A stretch of 64,000 nucleotides of DNA from Microcystaceae cyanobacterium (GTDB taxonomy: Bacteria; Cyanobacteriota; Cyanobacteriia; Cyanobacteriales; Microcystaceae). Location of the stretch: positions 50,277 to 114,276 of the forward strand of contig JBGTGT010000121.1 in the NCBI GenBank assembly GCA_041746575.1, written 5' to 3'. A program made the position numbers and the translations under genes. Shown here one piece after another: positions 21,619 through 32,025 of this stretch; the first letter of the stretch is position 1, and each line of letters begins with the position of its first letter. A model generated the notes under the pieces. That model made no database searches and was not told the origin of the DNA. It saw nothing but the letters and a program-made list of their open reading frames with translations.

Positions 21619-22125
21619 ATGGCATTGGCATCTTATTCTCCCCGTTCTCCTAAGTCGCACCCTCGAAACAAAACCATTGAGTCGCGTCGTCGCTCAAGAC
21701 GGGTACCTCCCGCTAACGTCAAGCCGGGGAAGGTTTATGCTTTGCCAACCCCTCCCTCTCAACCCCTTTCTCCTAAACTGCATTTTCTGCAAACCCTTCA
21801 AAAAACCTTTTCCTGTCTGTCTTTTGCTCTTGTTTGCGCCGCTTTAGGGACGTATGGGTGGACAGTTTACGCCCCGAAGCTTTGGAGTCAAGAATATCGC
21901 AAACTAGAAGCCTTGCAACAGCATGAACGCCAGTTAACAGCAACTAATGAAATTTTAAAAAATCAATTAGCCAATCAAGCCGAACAACCCAATTCCCGAT
22001 TATCACAGGTTAAACCGAGTGATAACATTTTTATTACTGTTAAACCCGCCTCTCAACCGTCTCCCTTCTCGAAAGCCCCAATTATCCAATCTTCTCCGAT
22101 CACCGCTCAACCCATTGCTTACTAA
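21619..22125 (+). CDS. Bitopic coiled-coil protein upstream of ftsI (FtsL-like)
   Basis: Basic N-terminus, one TM, then coiled coil WSQEYRKLEALQQHERQLTATNEILKNQL; directly precedes the PBP gene. Confidence 0.7.
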   Translation: MALASYSPRSPKSHPRNKTIESRRRSRRVPPANVKPGKVYALPTPPSQPLSPKLHFLQTLQKTFSCLSFALVCAALGTYGWTVYAPKLWSQEYRKLEALQQHERQLTATNEILKNQLANQAEQPNSRLSQVKPSDNIFITVKPASQPSPFSKAPIIQSSPITAQPIAY

Positions 22126-22159
22126 GAAGGTCGTTTTTTCAGCCCAATATAATGTGATA

Positions 22160-23980
22160 ATGACGAATTCTTTTCGTAAATCATCCTCCTCGCACTCTCG
22201 TTCTTCGGCTTCTCGCAGAGGACGGGATAAACAACGGTTGACCTCACCGTCTAGAAGATTCCGTTCCTCCCAAAATCGACGGAAACCGACCCCTTTACCG
22301 ACACTACGACTATTAATAGTATGGGGTGCCTTAGCGGCGGCCATGGTCGGATTAGGTTGGCAAGCCTATCAATTACAAATCGTACAGGGAGATATCTTAA
22401 AAAAGAAAGCCCAATCTCAACAAACCACTACCTTGCGTCCTTTTATTCCCCGACGCTCCATTATTGATCGTCAAGGGAATGTCGTTGCAGTCGATAAAGT
22501 GGTTTATAGTCTTTTTGTTCATCCTAAGTTATTCAAAATTTCTCAAGAAGACATGGCGGCTCGATTAGTACCCTTATTGAAAGATAGCTCTCCTGATCAG
22601 CTGATTAAACGATTTAAACAACAAGCGTCAGGTATTCGTATCGCTTATGCCTTAACCGAAGCAGAAGCCAATAATATTAAAGCCCTGTCTTTAGATGGGT
22701 TAGAATTAATTGAACATTACGCTCGCATTTATCCTCAGAAAACAACGGTCGCAGATGTAGTTGGATATGTGGATCAAGATCGTCTGCCTCAGGCGGGCAT
22801 CGAACGCAGTCAAACGAATCTCTTAGAACGTGAAGCGAAAAATTTAATAATCCGACGGTCGGGAAATGGCACCATTATGCCTGCCTATTTACCCAATGAC
22901 TTGATTAAATCTAATGATTGGCGGTTAAAGCTGACTCTCGATCTTAGACTACAGCGAGCAGCCCGTAACGCTTTGAAGCAACAATTAGCAAAGTATAAGG
23001 CCAAGAAAGGGGCAGTCATCGTGATGGATGCCACAGATGGGTCGTTATTGGCCTTAGTCTGTGAACCGACCTACGATCCCAATGAATACTATAAAGCAGA
23101 TGTGTCTTTGTTTAAAAATTGGACGGTGAGTGATCTTTATGAACCGGGTTCGACATTTAAGCCGATCAATATTGCGATCGCATTAGATACGAAGACCGTT
23201 ACACCTAATACCATTGTCAATGATTCGGGATCGGTCACGGTGGATGGTTGGGATATCTTAAACGCCAGTAAAAAAGGCTATGGAGCAATTAATATTACCA
23301 AAGTTCTGCAAACCTCTAGCAATGTGGGCATGGTTCAAGTGATGCGCCGTTTAGCTAAAAAAGATTATTATCAATGGTTGCGCAAATTAGGCTTAGGGCA
23401 AAAAACGGGAATCGATTTACCGGGAGAAGCGGCAGGACATCTCAAAAGTGAGGAAATTTTTACAGAACGAGCCATTGAAGCGGCAACAGCTTCCTTCGGT
23501 CAAGGTTTTTCGCTGACACCGATTAAATTGGTTCAATTACACGGTGCCTTAGCCAATGGGGGCAAATTAGTCACCCCCCATCTGACGGCTGGATTGGTGG
23601 ACGGAGAGGGCAATCTTCATTGGCAACCGGATTATCCCGTCAAACAGATATTTTCGGCGGAAAATAGTCGGGAAGTCACTCTTATGATGGAAAAAGTCGT
23701 CAGCGAAGGCACAGGGGAACCCGCCAAGATTGCTGGTTATCGGATTGGAGGAAAAACAGGAACAGCGCAAAAAGCCGCCCCAAGGGGAGGATATTTAACG
23801 AATGCTAAAATCACAAGCTTTGTATCCGTTTTACCCATTGAAAATCCTCGTTATGTGGTGTTAGCAGTGGTAGATGAGCCGAAAGGGGATAATACGTTTG
23901 GGTCGACTGTAGCCGCCCCTATTGCGAAACAGGTCATGGAAGCGTTAATTTCTTTACAAGGGATTCCCCCATCTCAGTAA
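22160..23980 (+). CDS. ftsI: Class B penicillin-binding protein (FtsI/PBP3-like transpeptidase)
   Basis: YEPGSTFK (SxxK), SSN, KTGTAQK. Start placed at ATG 22160 after the upstream gene's stop. Confidence 0.88.
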   Translation: MTNSFRKSSSSHSRSSASRRGRDKQRLTSPSRRFRSSQNRRKPTPLPTLRLLIVWGALAAAMVGLGWQAYQLQIVQGDILKKKAQSQQTTTLRPFIPRRSIIDRQGNVVAVDKVVYSLFVHPKLFKISQEDMAARLVPLLKDSSPDQLIKRFKQQASGIRIAYALTEAEANNIKALSLDGLELIEHYARIYPQKTTVADVVGYVDQDRLPQAGIERSQTNLLEREAKNLIIRRSGNGTIMPAYLPNDLIKSNDWRLKLTLDLRLQRAARNALKQQLAKYKAKKGAVIVMDATDGSLLALVCEPTYDPNEYYKADVSLFKNWTVSDLYEPGSTFKPINIAIALDTKTVTPNTIVNDSGSVTVDGWDILNASKKGYGAINITKVLQTSSNVGMVQVMRRLAKKDYYQWLRKLGLGQKTGIDLPGEAAGHLKSEEIFTERAIEAATASFGQGFSLTPIKLVQLHGALANGGKLVTPHLTAGLVDGEGNLHWQPDYPVKQIFSAENSREVTLMMEKVVSEGTGEPAKIAGYRIGGKTGTAQKAAPRGGYLTNAKITSFVSVLPIENPRYVVLAVVDEPKGDNTFGSTVAAPIAKQVMEALISLQGIPPSQ

Positions 23981-24126
23981 TCAGCCATCACATTCCCCAT
24001 CCCATCTGTTTTTAAAAGTAGAGTAGGGGTTGCCTTTCGTCACGCAACTTAAGTTAACCGAATGGCGTCGTAATGAAGTGGCAATTCTTAAATTGAGCCG
24101 TGTCTTGCAAGTGGATTCTTTGTCCT

Positions 24127-25248
24127 ATGAAGCGTACTCCCCTACACTTTTATTTAAGCATATTTCTAGGATTATTAAGTCCATTCAGTGCTAATCCGGT
24201 TAAAGCTGTGACCTTTGAGCAGCAGGAAGTGAATCAATCTGATTTTATTGCCATCGCTCGTCCTTACGGTCAAAATAAATATGATTTGTTAATCTTGCAA
24301 CAAATTCCGGGGCAACGACAATGTTGGCAAGAAATGACAGGAAATCCCACCTTAGTTGAACCTTTACTCTTAAATTTCGACTTTACAGGCAATTGTGAAC
24401 GTAGTACGGACAGTAACGGCTATTCGATTCGGATCGATCAGCAAGATTATGGCTTAAATTATCTTTTAAGATTAGTGGAACGTAACGGGGAATTAGTCTT
24501 AGTCGGAGCGCATCGCAGTAACGCGAATCAACCTGAAATTATTGTGGGCAGAACCCACGGTTTGAGTCAAGGATTTTTAAAAATACACCTTGAGCCGGGA
24601 TGGCGATTTACCAAACGGTCTTATCAAGGTCAAGTCTTAGGCCACGTCTATTTAACGGGGGATAGTTCTGCTTTACGTTCGCCCAATCCCGCTTCATCCT
24701 CAGTGAGCGTCACCCCAGATGAGACGGACTCTAATTCTAATGGCGATGCTGTTAGAGAATTAACCTTCACAGCCAATGGAAAACCAGAAAGGGCTCCTTC
24801 ACCTGTTCTTCCTTCTTCTCCTCCTGTCTTACCTACTATAGCCCCCTCTCCTTCCCCTGGGGAGACGACTTTATCCCCTCCAACGCCCTCATCCGCTCCT
24901 ACTTTTTCCGAGTTGCCCCCTTTGCCTGTTCCGCCACAAGTCAATCAAAGTACGATCATCCCTCCTCCTGATCCTAGTAATGCCAATCGTTCTAGCTTAT
25001 CTCAAGTGATGACGGGTCTCTCACGACCCCAAGGGGGAACCTCCGAGGTGACGGGATATCGAGTTCTGGTGAATGCCAGCACGAATAATCAACGAACACA
25101 GGTAAAAAACCTTTATCCTGACGCATTTCCTACCCGTTATCAAGGGCGATCGCTGTGGCAAATTGGTCTTTTTAGCACTCGTGAAAATGCTGAAAAAGCC
25201 TTAGCAGATTTTAAAAATCAAGGAATTAGCGGACTTATTATTCCTTAA
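24127..25248 (+). CDS. DUF3747 domain protein with Pro-rich linker and C-terminal SPOR-like domain
   Basis: LLLNFDFTGNCERSTDSNGYSIR, GWRFTKRSYQG; C-terminal WQIGLFSTRENAE. Confidence 0.85.
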   Translation: MKRTPLHFYLSIFLGLLSPFSANPVKAVTFEQQEVNQSDFIAIARPYGQNKYDLLILQQIPGQRQCWQEMTGNPTLVEPLLLNFDFTGNCERSTDSNGYSIRIDQQDYGLNYLLRLVERNGELVLVGAHRSNANQPEIIVGRTHGLSQGFLKIHLEPGWRFTKRSYQGQVLGHVYLTGDSSALRSPNPASSSVSVTPDETDSNSNGDAVRELTFTANGKPERAPSPVLPSSPPVLPTIAPSPSPGETTLSPPTPSSAPTFSELPPLPVPPQVNQSTIIPPPDPSNANRSSLSQVMTGLSRPQGGTSEVTGYRVLVNASTNNQRTQVKNLYPDAFPTRYQGRSLWQIGLFSTRENAEKALADFKNQGISGLIIP

Positions 25249-25359
25249 ATCCCAGAAATCAAAAACAGAGAACGGTTAGCAAAAAAAGAAAATCAAGATT
25301 TAATGTTTGATCGTCATTTTCTTTGAGCCCCTTGTCCTCTGTCTCGTCTGAAAGGCTTG

Positions 25360-26052
25360 TTAAAAACGAATTTCCCGTGTCGGTTGACCGGCAGAAGGGA
25401 TCCGAATATAGCTGGGATTTTGCAGCACAGAGGTATTGAAAGGATTGGGTAAATCTCTGGTGCGAATCAGCGTGTGATCCATTTGTTGATTCATGGCATC
25501 TTGATAAATCGTTCCCACTAATTCCCCATCATTGGCGATCATTCTATCCATAAAAGAATTTTCCCAATTGCGCCAGCCAAAGATTAAATTGGCTTGACCG
25601 GAAAGATTGGTAAGTCCAAAAAAATTGCCTGTATCATTGAAAAATGCTCGTCGAATCATATCGTTGGTGGAAATACCGACTGGTTCATTCCCTTGGGGGG
25701 CAGGTTGAATGACCGTATTGCCCTTTTGAGACAAACGATTTTCCAAAGCTTCCAGACAGGAATTGAGGCCGGCTGCAAACTCATCACGGGTTAAAGCCCG
25801 ATTGCCGCGATAGGTTCGATCCGGATAACCCTCAATACAGCCATAATCTTCTACTAGGTTTTTTAACGCTTGAAATGACCAGTCATTAGGGGAAACGTCT
25901 CGCAGTTGGTTTACGCTATTAACTTGAGCGAGAGAGGGTTGATACGGTTGCAGGGGAGACTCATCGGCTGCTGCGCCAGCAGTCATGAGCAGCGCTAATC
26001 CAAAGGTTAGGGAATTAACCTGAGAAAATTGCCCAATAGATTTAGAAATCAT
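25360..26052 (-). CDS. S-layer homology (SLH) domain protein, porin-like N-terminus
   Basis: QVNSVNQLRDVSPNDWSFQALKNLVEDYGCIEGYPDRTYRGNRALTRDEFAAGLNSCL. Confidence 0.85.
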   Translation of the reverse strand: MISKSIGQFSQVNSLTFGLALLMTAGAAADESPLQPYQPSLAQVNSVNQLRDVSPNDWSFQALKNLVEDYGCIEGYPDRTYRGNRALTRDEFAAGLNSCLEALENRLSQKGNTVIQPAPQGNEPVGISTNDMIRRAFFNDTGNFFGLTNLSGQANLIFGWRNWENSFMDRMIANDGELVGTIYQDAMNQQMDHTLIRTRDLPNPFNTSVLQNPSYIRIPSAGQPTREIRF

Positions 26053-26227
26053 TAATAACTCCTCACAAAAGAGATTTCTTGAGAATTTGAAGCAGTTCGA
26101 GGTGGACAATATGCTTAAATAGATCCTAAGCGTGATTTCACCCCTGCTAAAGCAGAGATTTTAGCTAAATTTTAACTGAAATTTCGCAACGAGAACAGCT
26201 ATTTTTACCCTTCGTATTAATTTCGTC

Positions 26228-26842
26228 ATGACCCTGACCCCTTCGTCTCCGACCTTTGAACTGGCTACGGCAGATTTGACCCTTTTGAAAGCCTATTTAT
26301 TGCACCTTTTAGTGACTTTAGCTTACAAAGAAGGAGAATTCACCCTCTCATCAGGACAGAACAGTTCTTACTATATTAATGGTAAACAAGTGACCCTCAC
26401 TGCCCAAGGAGCATTAACGCTCGGACGATTGATTTTATCCCTCCTGCCGCCGGACACCGATGCTGTAGCCGGATTAACCTTAGGGGCAGATCCCATGGTA
26501 ACCGCCGTTAGTGTAGTGTCTGCCTATGAAAATTGCCCAATTCCCGCCTTAATTATCCGTAAAGAAGCCAAAAGCCACGGAACAAGAGCTTATATTGAAG
26601 GGCCGAGTTTACCTGAGCAAGCGAAGGTCGTTGTTTTAGAAGATGTTGTCACTACTGGACACTCTGCGCTGTTAGCGGTTGAACGCCTTAAACAGGCAGG
26701 ATATCAAGTTAAACAAATTATTGCGTTAGTAGATCGAGAACAAGGAGGAAAAGCGTTTTATAATGCTAAAAATCTTGATTTTAAGGCTATTTTCTCTATT
26801 CAAGATCTACAGTCTGCCTATGCCAACCCCAATAAAGATTAA
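26228..26842 (+). CDS. pyrE: Orotate phosphoribosyltransferase
   Basis: FTLSSGQNSSYY, RKEAKSHG, VLEDVVTTG PRPP loop. Confidence 0.95.
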   Translation: MTLTPSSPTFELATADLTLLKAYLLHLLVTLAYKEGEFTLSSGQNSSYYINGKQVTLTAQGALTLGRLILSLLPPDTDAVAGLTLGADPMVTAVSVVSAYENCPIPALIIRKEAKSHGTRAYIEGPSLPEQAKVVVLEDVVTTGHSALLAVERLKQAGYQVKQIIALVDREQGGKAFYNAKNLDFKAIFSIQDLQSAYANPNKD

Positions 26843-27044
26843 TTTTGCAAGAACTTTACGTCCATTTACCGATCATCCGTAATAAAATAGACAGAAATTT
26901 CTTGATTGTTTCGCTTTTAATCCAAATACCTGATCCATGGCACTTTTTGCCCGTTATCAGGAACAGATTAGGGGTCAGTGTAGATCCTATCTCTTAATAA
27001 AGTGTATTATGCTATTGCCTAAATGGGTGTGAGGAGTCAACGAA

Positions 27045-27857
27045 ATGCAATTGCGCGAAAGTGCTTTAAATGTTCTTAAAGAAACCAGCCGAACCTTCTA
27101 TATTCCGATTAGTCGTTTACCTGATCAATTACAGGAAGCGGTAGCAGCAGCTTACCTCTGTATGCGAGCGATTGATGAAGTAGAAGATCACCAAAACCTT
27201 GATAATTTTACTAAAGCCAAGATTTTACGCAAAATTAGCTTAAATCTACAATCAGGAACCCATACTTCCCGTCCTGATGATTTCGTTAAAGGGCTAGCTC
27301 TCTATCAGCCTTTTTTACCAGAAGTCACCCTCAGAATCGGAGAATGGGCATTATTAGCTCCTAGCTCAATCTCTCCTCGGATTTGGGAAGCCACCGCCAC
27401 GATGGCTGATCGCATGGCTTACTGGGCGGAAAATAACTGGGAGATCAACACCGAACGGGATTTAGATCAATATACCTTTAGCGTTGCTGGATCGGTGGGT
27501 TTACTTTTATCCGATTTATGGGCGTGGTATGATGGTACCCAGACAGATCGTTTAGATGCGATCGGTTTTGGTCGAGGGTTACAGGCAGTGAATATTGCCC
27601 GTAATTATCGGGATGATTTACGTAGAGGCGTGAGTTTTTTCCCAAAAGGATGGGTTTCCTCTGACGTTCATAATTATGCTCGACGCAACCTTGCTTTAGC
27701 GGATCGATATACTCAATCTTTACCCCCTGGGCCAGCTTTAGATTTCTGTCGTATTCCTCTTGCTTTAGCCCACGGCACGATACAAGTCTTAGCCTTAGGC
27801 AAAGAAAAACTAAGTCGTCGCGACGTCATGGCTTTAGTTGAACAAGTGAGCCATTAA
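27045..27857 (+). CDS. Squalene/phytoene synthase family protein (squalene synthase-like)
   Basis: SRTFY, AIDEVED, VAGSVG, LQAVNI. Confidence 0.88.
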   Translation: MQLRESALNVLKETSRTFYIPISRLPDQLQEAVAAAYLCMRAIDEVEDHQNLDNFTKAKILRKISLNLQSGTHTSRPDDFVKGLALYQPFLPEVTLRIGEWALLAPSSISPRIWEATATMADRMAYWAENNWEINTERDLDQYTFSVAGSVGLLLSDLWAWYDGTQTDRLDAIGFGRGLQAVNIARNYRDDLRRGVSFFPKGWVSSDVHNYARRNLALADRYTQSLPPGPALDFCRIPLALAHGTIQVLALGKEKLSRRDVMALVEQVSH

Positions 27858-27887
27858 ATCCCTTAAAATAAGCATCTGTGCTTGTTC

Positions 27888-27926
27888 AAAATCCTTAATC
27901 CGTTCAGCTCAGAGATTAAGGATTTT
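27888..27926. terminator. Bidirectional terminator-like hairpin between convergent genes
   Basis: 13-bp perfect inverted repeat AAAATCCTTAATC (27888-27900) / GATTAAGGATTTT (27914-27926). Confidence 0.65.
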
Positions 27927-27952
27927 ACCGGATCGCAACGACAGATGAAATT

Positions 27953-28786
27953 TTAGCTCAACCAAATTCTGGGGTAAATTCCAGCCCATTGTAGCTGAAT
28001 TCTTCTTAATAAATGCCAAATCTGCACAAACCAGTGACGTGCCTCTGCCGTCGAATGACCTCTATAGCGACAAATAACCCCATCCCCTAACGATTGGGTG
28101 ACTCCCACTTGACCTTTACCGTCTAAATTGCGCCATAGTTCTCGAATTTGCTCTATTGTTTGAGAATTGACTGATTTTCCCAAATAAATGAAGCTACCGG
28201 CTACAGCGCATCCCTTTAAGCTATTGGCAGAATGAATAAACTCGCCCCCTGTTAAGTGTTGACGATCAATCCATAAGGGGTGTCCATTTTGGCGAATTTC
28301 TGTCTGCGATCGCCACTCTCCTGCGGTAAATTGTTCGCCTCTTGCGGTTCGTCCAAAGCGGGTGATCTCCCAACTAAAAAGGGTCGCAGTCGGAGCTAAA
28401 TTGACCTGTAAAGATTGTTGATAGTTTGCTTGGTTAAAAATAATATTTTCTTGGGGAAACCATTCTAAAACGGCATTTTCTGCGAGATCAAGAACAATCG
28501 TTTGTTGGGTGGGTTGATCGTTACTACCGTAAATTTTACTCGCGGCGGCGGTGGTGAGTAACGCTTTGGCATGGGGTTTCAGGTAAATCTGCTGGGCAAG
28601 GCGATCGCCCCCTACCATTCCCCCAGCGGTGTGTAAAATAATGCTATGGCAAATTTCTTTATCTTCAGGATAAAATGGTCGTTGAATTTTTAGAGGAGCT
28701 TGACTATATTGATCGGTAATTAAGGTTTGCTGATTGTGATAGGTATAAGTTAAATTTAAGTGACCTTGCCATCCCATTTGTGTCAT
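27953..28786 (-). CDS. ureD: Urease accessory protein UreD
   Basis: PLKIQRPFYPE, HTAGGMVGGD, TTAAASKIY, LEWFPQENI, GRTARGE. Confidence 0.93.
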   Translation of the reverse strand: MTQMGWQGHLNLTYTYHNQQTLITDQYSQAPLKIQRPFYPEDKEICHSIILHTAGGMVGGDRLAQQIYLKPHAKALLTTAAASKIYGSNDQPTQQTIVLDLAENAVLEWFPQENIIFNQANYQQSLQVNLAPTATLFSWEITRFGRTARGEQFTAGEWRSQTEIRQNGHPLWIDRQHLTGGEFIHSANSLKGCAVAGSFIYLGKSVNSQTIEQIRELWRNLDGKGQVGVTQSLGDGVICRYRGHSTAEARHWFVQIWHLLRRIQLQWAGIYPRIWLS

Positions 28787-28807
28787 GAAAAAACTAAAAG
28801 TAAAGAT

Positions 28808-29242
28808 TTATTTTTCAGAAGGAATTCGCTCAACTCTAAAGTTTTCAATATTGTCTTCATAGCGACCAAAAATGACTTTAATGGCATTATAACTAATCGC
28901 TGTCGAAACGCCACGGGGTTCGGGGCATTCCACTTTTAAAAGACTTTGAAACCCCGTTTCATCAATATAGAACTTTTTTGAACAAAGAGGACTAATAAAG
29001 CCTTCAATGGCCAATTGGTTGAGGGCGGCTATCCCTAATGGACTATTAAGAATATATTGCCATGTTTGGTTTTCTTGTTCAGTGGTCATTGGTTGCCATG
29101 AAGGAGATTCAGCAAATGCGGTTGCAGAAAAAGTGATTATTCCTAATAGAAAACTCACCTGAAAAGCGATCCTTTTGCGTTGCTTATTTAACAGGGTGTG
29201 ACTCATTGTAGATTGTGCTTGTTGTACATTGAAACGGCTCAA
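28808..29242 (-). CDS. Hypothetical exported protein
   Basis: Signal-like segment, SPLGIAALNQLAIEGFI core, two Cys. Confidence 0.65.
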   Translation of the reverse strand: MSRFNVQQAQSTMSHTLLNKQRKRIAFQVSFLLGIITFSATAFAESPSWQPMTTEQENQTWQYILNSPLGIAALNQLAIEGFISPLCSKKFYIDETGFQSLLKVECPEPRGVSTAISYNAIKVIFGRYEDNIENFRVERIPSEK

Positions 29243-29272
29243 TTGTCATTCTCTCCTAGCGTATTCGCCCAA

Positions 29273-30313
29273 TTATTGAACGGTTTTTGCTAACTTTCTA
29301 ACGGTCTGGTAAATTTCAGGCAGACGCTTATAGGCCGCCGCAACTTTGAGAAATAACGCGTGAGACATCGCTGGGATGCCGGAAACCACTTCCCCTGCGG
29401 GAATATCATTGTGAATACCCGCTTTCGCCGATGCGATCGCCCCATCACCGATTTTGGCTTGGTTAGCAATGCCGACTTGTCCAGCTAAAATCACCCGATT
29501 GCCGACGGTAACTCCCCCTGCAAGCCCGACTTGTCCAGCTAAGGCACAGTTTTCGCCGATTTGACAGCCATGTCCGATATGAACGAGGTTATCCAGTTTG
29601 GTTTGGCGACGAATAAGGGTTTCTCCGACGGCTGGGCGATCAACTGCACTATTACAGCCAATTTCAACCCCATCTTCGAGAATAACGTAACCGGATTGTT
29701 CCATTTTGAACCATCCTTCGGGAATCGGCACAAAACCAAAGCCTTCTGATCCAATCACTGCCCCACTGTGGACGACGCAATCTTGGCCAATTTGACTGCG
29801 CTCGTGGATAGTACAATTAGCGTGAAGAGTGGTGCGATCGCCAATGACTACATCGGGATAAATCACAACATTGGGATGAATACAGACATTATCACCGATT
29901 TTAGCCCCAGACTGAATCACTACATTTGCGCCAATTGCAATATCTTTTCCTAACATCACAGAAGGCTCAATCACCGCAGAAGAATGAATGCCGTTACTGA
30001 GACGAAAGGGTTGATAAAATAATTTAATCACATGAGCAAAGGCCAAACGCGGCTGTTCAGTGGACAGCCAACTAATGCCCAAATCCGTCGCTTTTGAGGT
30101 TAATATATTGTTTACTGGCAAAATTAGAGCAGAAGCTTCAGTTTTATCCATCATCTTACCAAACTTGCCCCCTTCAATGTAACTGATGCTATTAGGGATG
30201 GTTTGATCAATGGCTGTAATGCCGGTAATATCGGGATCATGGTTGGGGACATCCGTTAAACTAGCAGAATGGACAAGAGGCTGAAGATTTGCGACAATTT
30301 TACTAAATTTCAT
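29273..30313 (-). CDS. lpxD: UDP-3-O-(3-hydroxymyristoyl)glucosamine N-acyltransferase
   Basis: Hexapeptide repeats, GSEGFGF, KLDNLVHIGH. Confidence 0.95.
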   Translation of the reverse strand: MKFSKIVANLQPLVHSASLTDVPNHDPDITGITAIDQTIPNSISYIEGGKFGKMMDKTEASALILPVNNILTSKATDLGISWLSTEQPRLAFAHVIKLFYQPFRLSNGIHSSAVIEPSVMLGKDIAIGANVVIQSGAKIGDNVCIHPNVVIYPDVVIGDRTTLHANCTIHERSQIGQDCVVHSGAVIGSEGFGFVPIPEGWFKMEQSGYVILEDGVEIGCNSAVDRPAVGETLIRRQTKLDNLVHIGHGCQIGENCALAGQVGLAGGVTVGNRVILAGQVGIANQAKIGDGAIASAKAGIHNDIPAGEVVSGIPAMSHALFLKVAAAYKRLPEIYQTVRKLAKTVQ

Positions 30314-30501
30314 GACAATTTTTTACCATTCGTTGATGAATACTATACAAGGAAAATGACCTCAACAACTTTAAACATCAATAGCCAATTAAAGGGGTTC
30401 AACTCGCAAACGGGGGGAACTTTTTCGGACGAGAGCGATTCTATCTTAGATAGCCTAAACATAGGCGTTAGGCGGGGTAAATTCATGTCTGAGAGGAAAG
30501 A

Positions 30502-31974
30502 ATGACTCATAGTGCTAAAAAACTGACCTTAACCCCTCAAGTAAAGTCAAAAATTAGGGTTTATCAACCCAATAAAACAACGGTTACTTCAGCTTTTCCG
30601 AGTGAATCCCCCATTCCCGTGTCTTTGCGTCCCAAACTGCCTAAAAAAGCCATTCAGTGCAATTCTAAGCGATTTTCTCCCATTTATAAAGGCTTTGTTT
30701 GGGGGGTGGTTGTGGGAGCAACGGCCTTAGCGTCGGCGATTTTCGGTGCCACAGTAGCATCTATTAATCCTGTCGTTAAGCAATTGCCAATTTTAGGACA
30801 AAATCTGGCGACAATATCCCATTTTTCTTTGTTACCCCGTCCTCTTGATCGTCCTGTTCATGTTTTAGTTTTAGGAATTGATCGGGTGTTAGATGCCCCA
30901 AAAGGAAGTCCGAAAGCGTTAGACGGACGTAGTGATACAATCCTTTTATTGAGATTTGATCCGGCTGATCAATCGCTTAAAATGCTGTCTATTCCCAGAG
31001 ATAGTCGGGTAGAAATTCCGGGGGTAGGATACAAGAAAATTAATGATGCCAATGTGGTGGGAGGAGTCAGTTTAGCGACGAAAGTGGTGAGTCAAACCCT
31101 AGGTGATGTGCCGATTGATCGGTATATACGAGTGACAACGGATGTATTTGTAGAGTTGGTTGATTTATTGGGTGGGGTAGATATTTTTGTGCCTCAGGAT
31201 ATGAACTATCGAGATCAAACGCAAAATTTAGAAATTGACTTAAAAAAAGGCTGGCAAGCTTTAAATGGTCAGCAAGCAGAACAATTTGCTCGTTTTCGCA
31301 ATTCTCAACAGGGAGATATTGGACGAGTTCAACGACAGCAGATGTTACTGAAAGCCATACAAAGGAAGGCAGTTAGTCCGCTCTTTTTGCCCAAATTACC
31401 GCAAGCCATTGAAATTTTGCAAAAAAGTATGGATACCAATCTCAGTAATGAGGAAATTATCTGTTTAGCCAATTTTGGTCGAGAAATTCCCAAAGAAAAT
31501 CTAAAAATGGTGTTATTGCCTGGCCGTTTTAGTCAGCCCCACGAATATGATGGTCTGAGTTATTGGGATATTTCAGGAGAAAAAAACAACATTAAGCAAA
31601 TTATGGCAAATTATTTTGACAATGAACCCCAAAGTGCTACTTTGTCCGAAAAATCTCCTCATAACCTACGAATTGCTTTACAAAATGCTAGCGATGATCC
31701 CCATCTCGCTAGACAAGTGAAGCGTCGTTTGATTGAACAAAACTTTAATCATGTGTTTGTGATTCAAGATTCTTTACAAGTTTTAGCGGAAACGGAAGTG
31801 GTCGTGCAAAAGGGGGATTTAATGGGGGCGCAACAGTTGCAAAGCCAGTTAGGAATCGGTAAAGTAGAAGCATCATCAACGGGTGACCTAGATTCCGATA
31901 TTACGATTCGCATCGGTTTGGATGCCAAACGCTTGAATGGGAGTGAGGGTTTTCTAAAGTCAGCTCATCGCTAA
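30502..31974 (+). CDS. LCP (LytR-CpsA-Psr) family protein with LytR_C domain
   Basis: GRSDTI, SIPRDS, FARFR, GDIGRVQRQQ. Confidence 0.93.
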   Translation: MTHSAKKLTLTPQVKSKIRVYQPNKTTVTSAFPSESPIPVSLRPKLPKKAIQCNSKRFSPIYKGFVWGVVVGATALASAIFGATVASINPVVKQLPILGQNLATISHFSLLPRPLDRPVHVLVLGIDRVLDAPKGSPKALDGRSDTILLLRFDPADQSLKMLSIPRDSRVEIPGVGYKKINDANVVGGVSLATKVVSQTLGDVPIDRYIRVTTDVFVELVDLLGGVDIFVPQDMNYRDQTQNLEIDLKKGWQALNGQQAEQFARFRNSQQGDIGRVQRQQMLLKAIQRKAVSPLFLPKLPQAIEILQKSMDTNLSNEEIICLANFGREIPKENLKMVLLPGRFSQPHEYDGLSYWDISGEKNNIKQIMANYFDNEPQSATLSEKSPHNLRIALQNASDDPHLARQVKRRLIEQNFNHVFVIQDSLQVLAETEVVVQKGDLMGAQQLQSQLGIGKVEASSTGDLDSDITIRIGLDAKRLNGSEGFLKSAHR

Positions 31975-32025
31975 ATCGTTAAGAAAAAACGGTTTTCTCA
32001 GTGAAATTGATTGTATTCTTGATTT

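Noticed and set aside
22019..22159. N-terminal extension of ftsI in the ORF track
   Set aside because: It overlaps the upstream gene in another frame; ATG 22160 gives a normal PBP N-terminus.
30269..30505. 78-aa ORF between lpxD and the LCP gene
   Set aside because: It overlaps the lpxD start on the opposite strand, spans the divergent promoter and has no recognisable motif.
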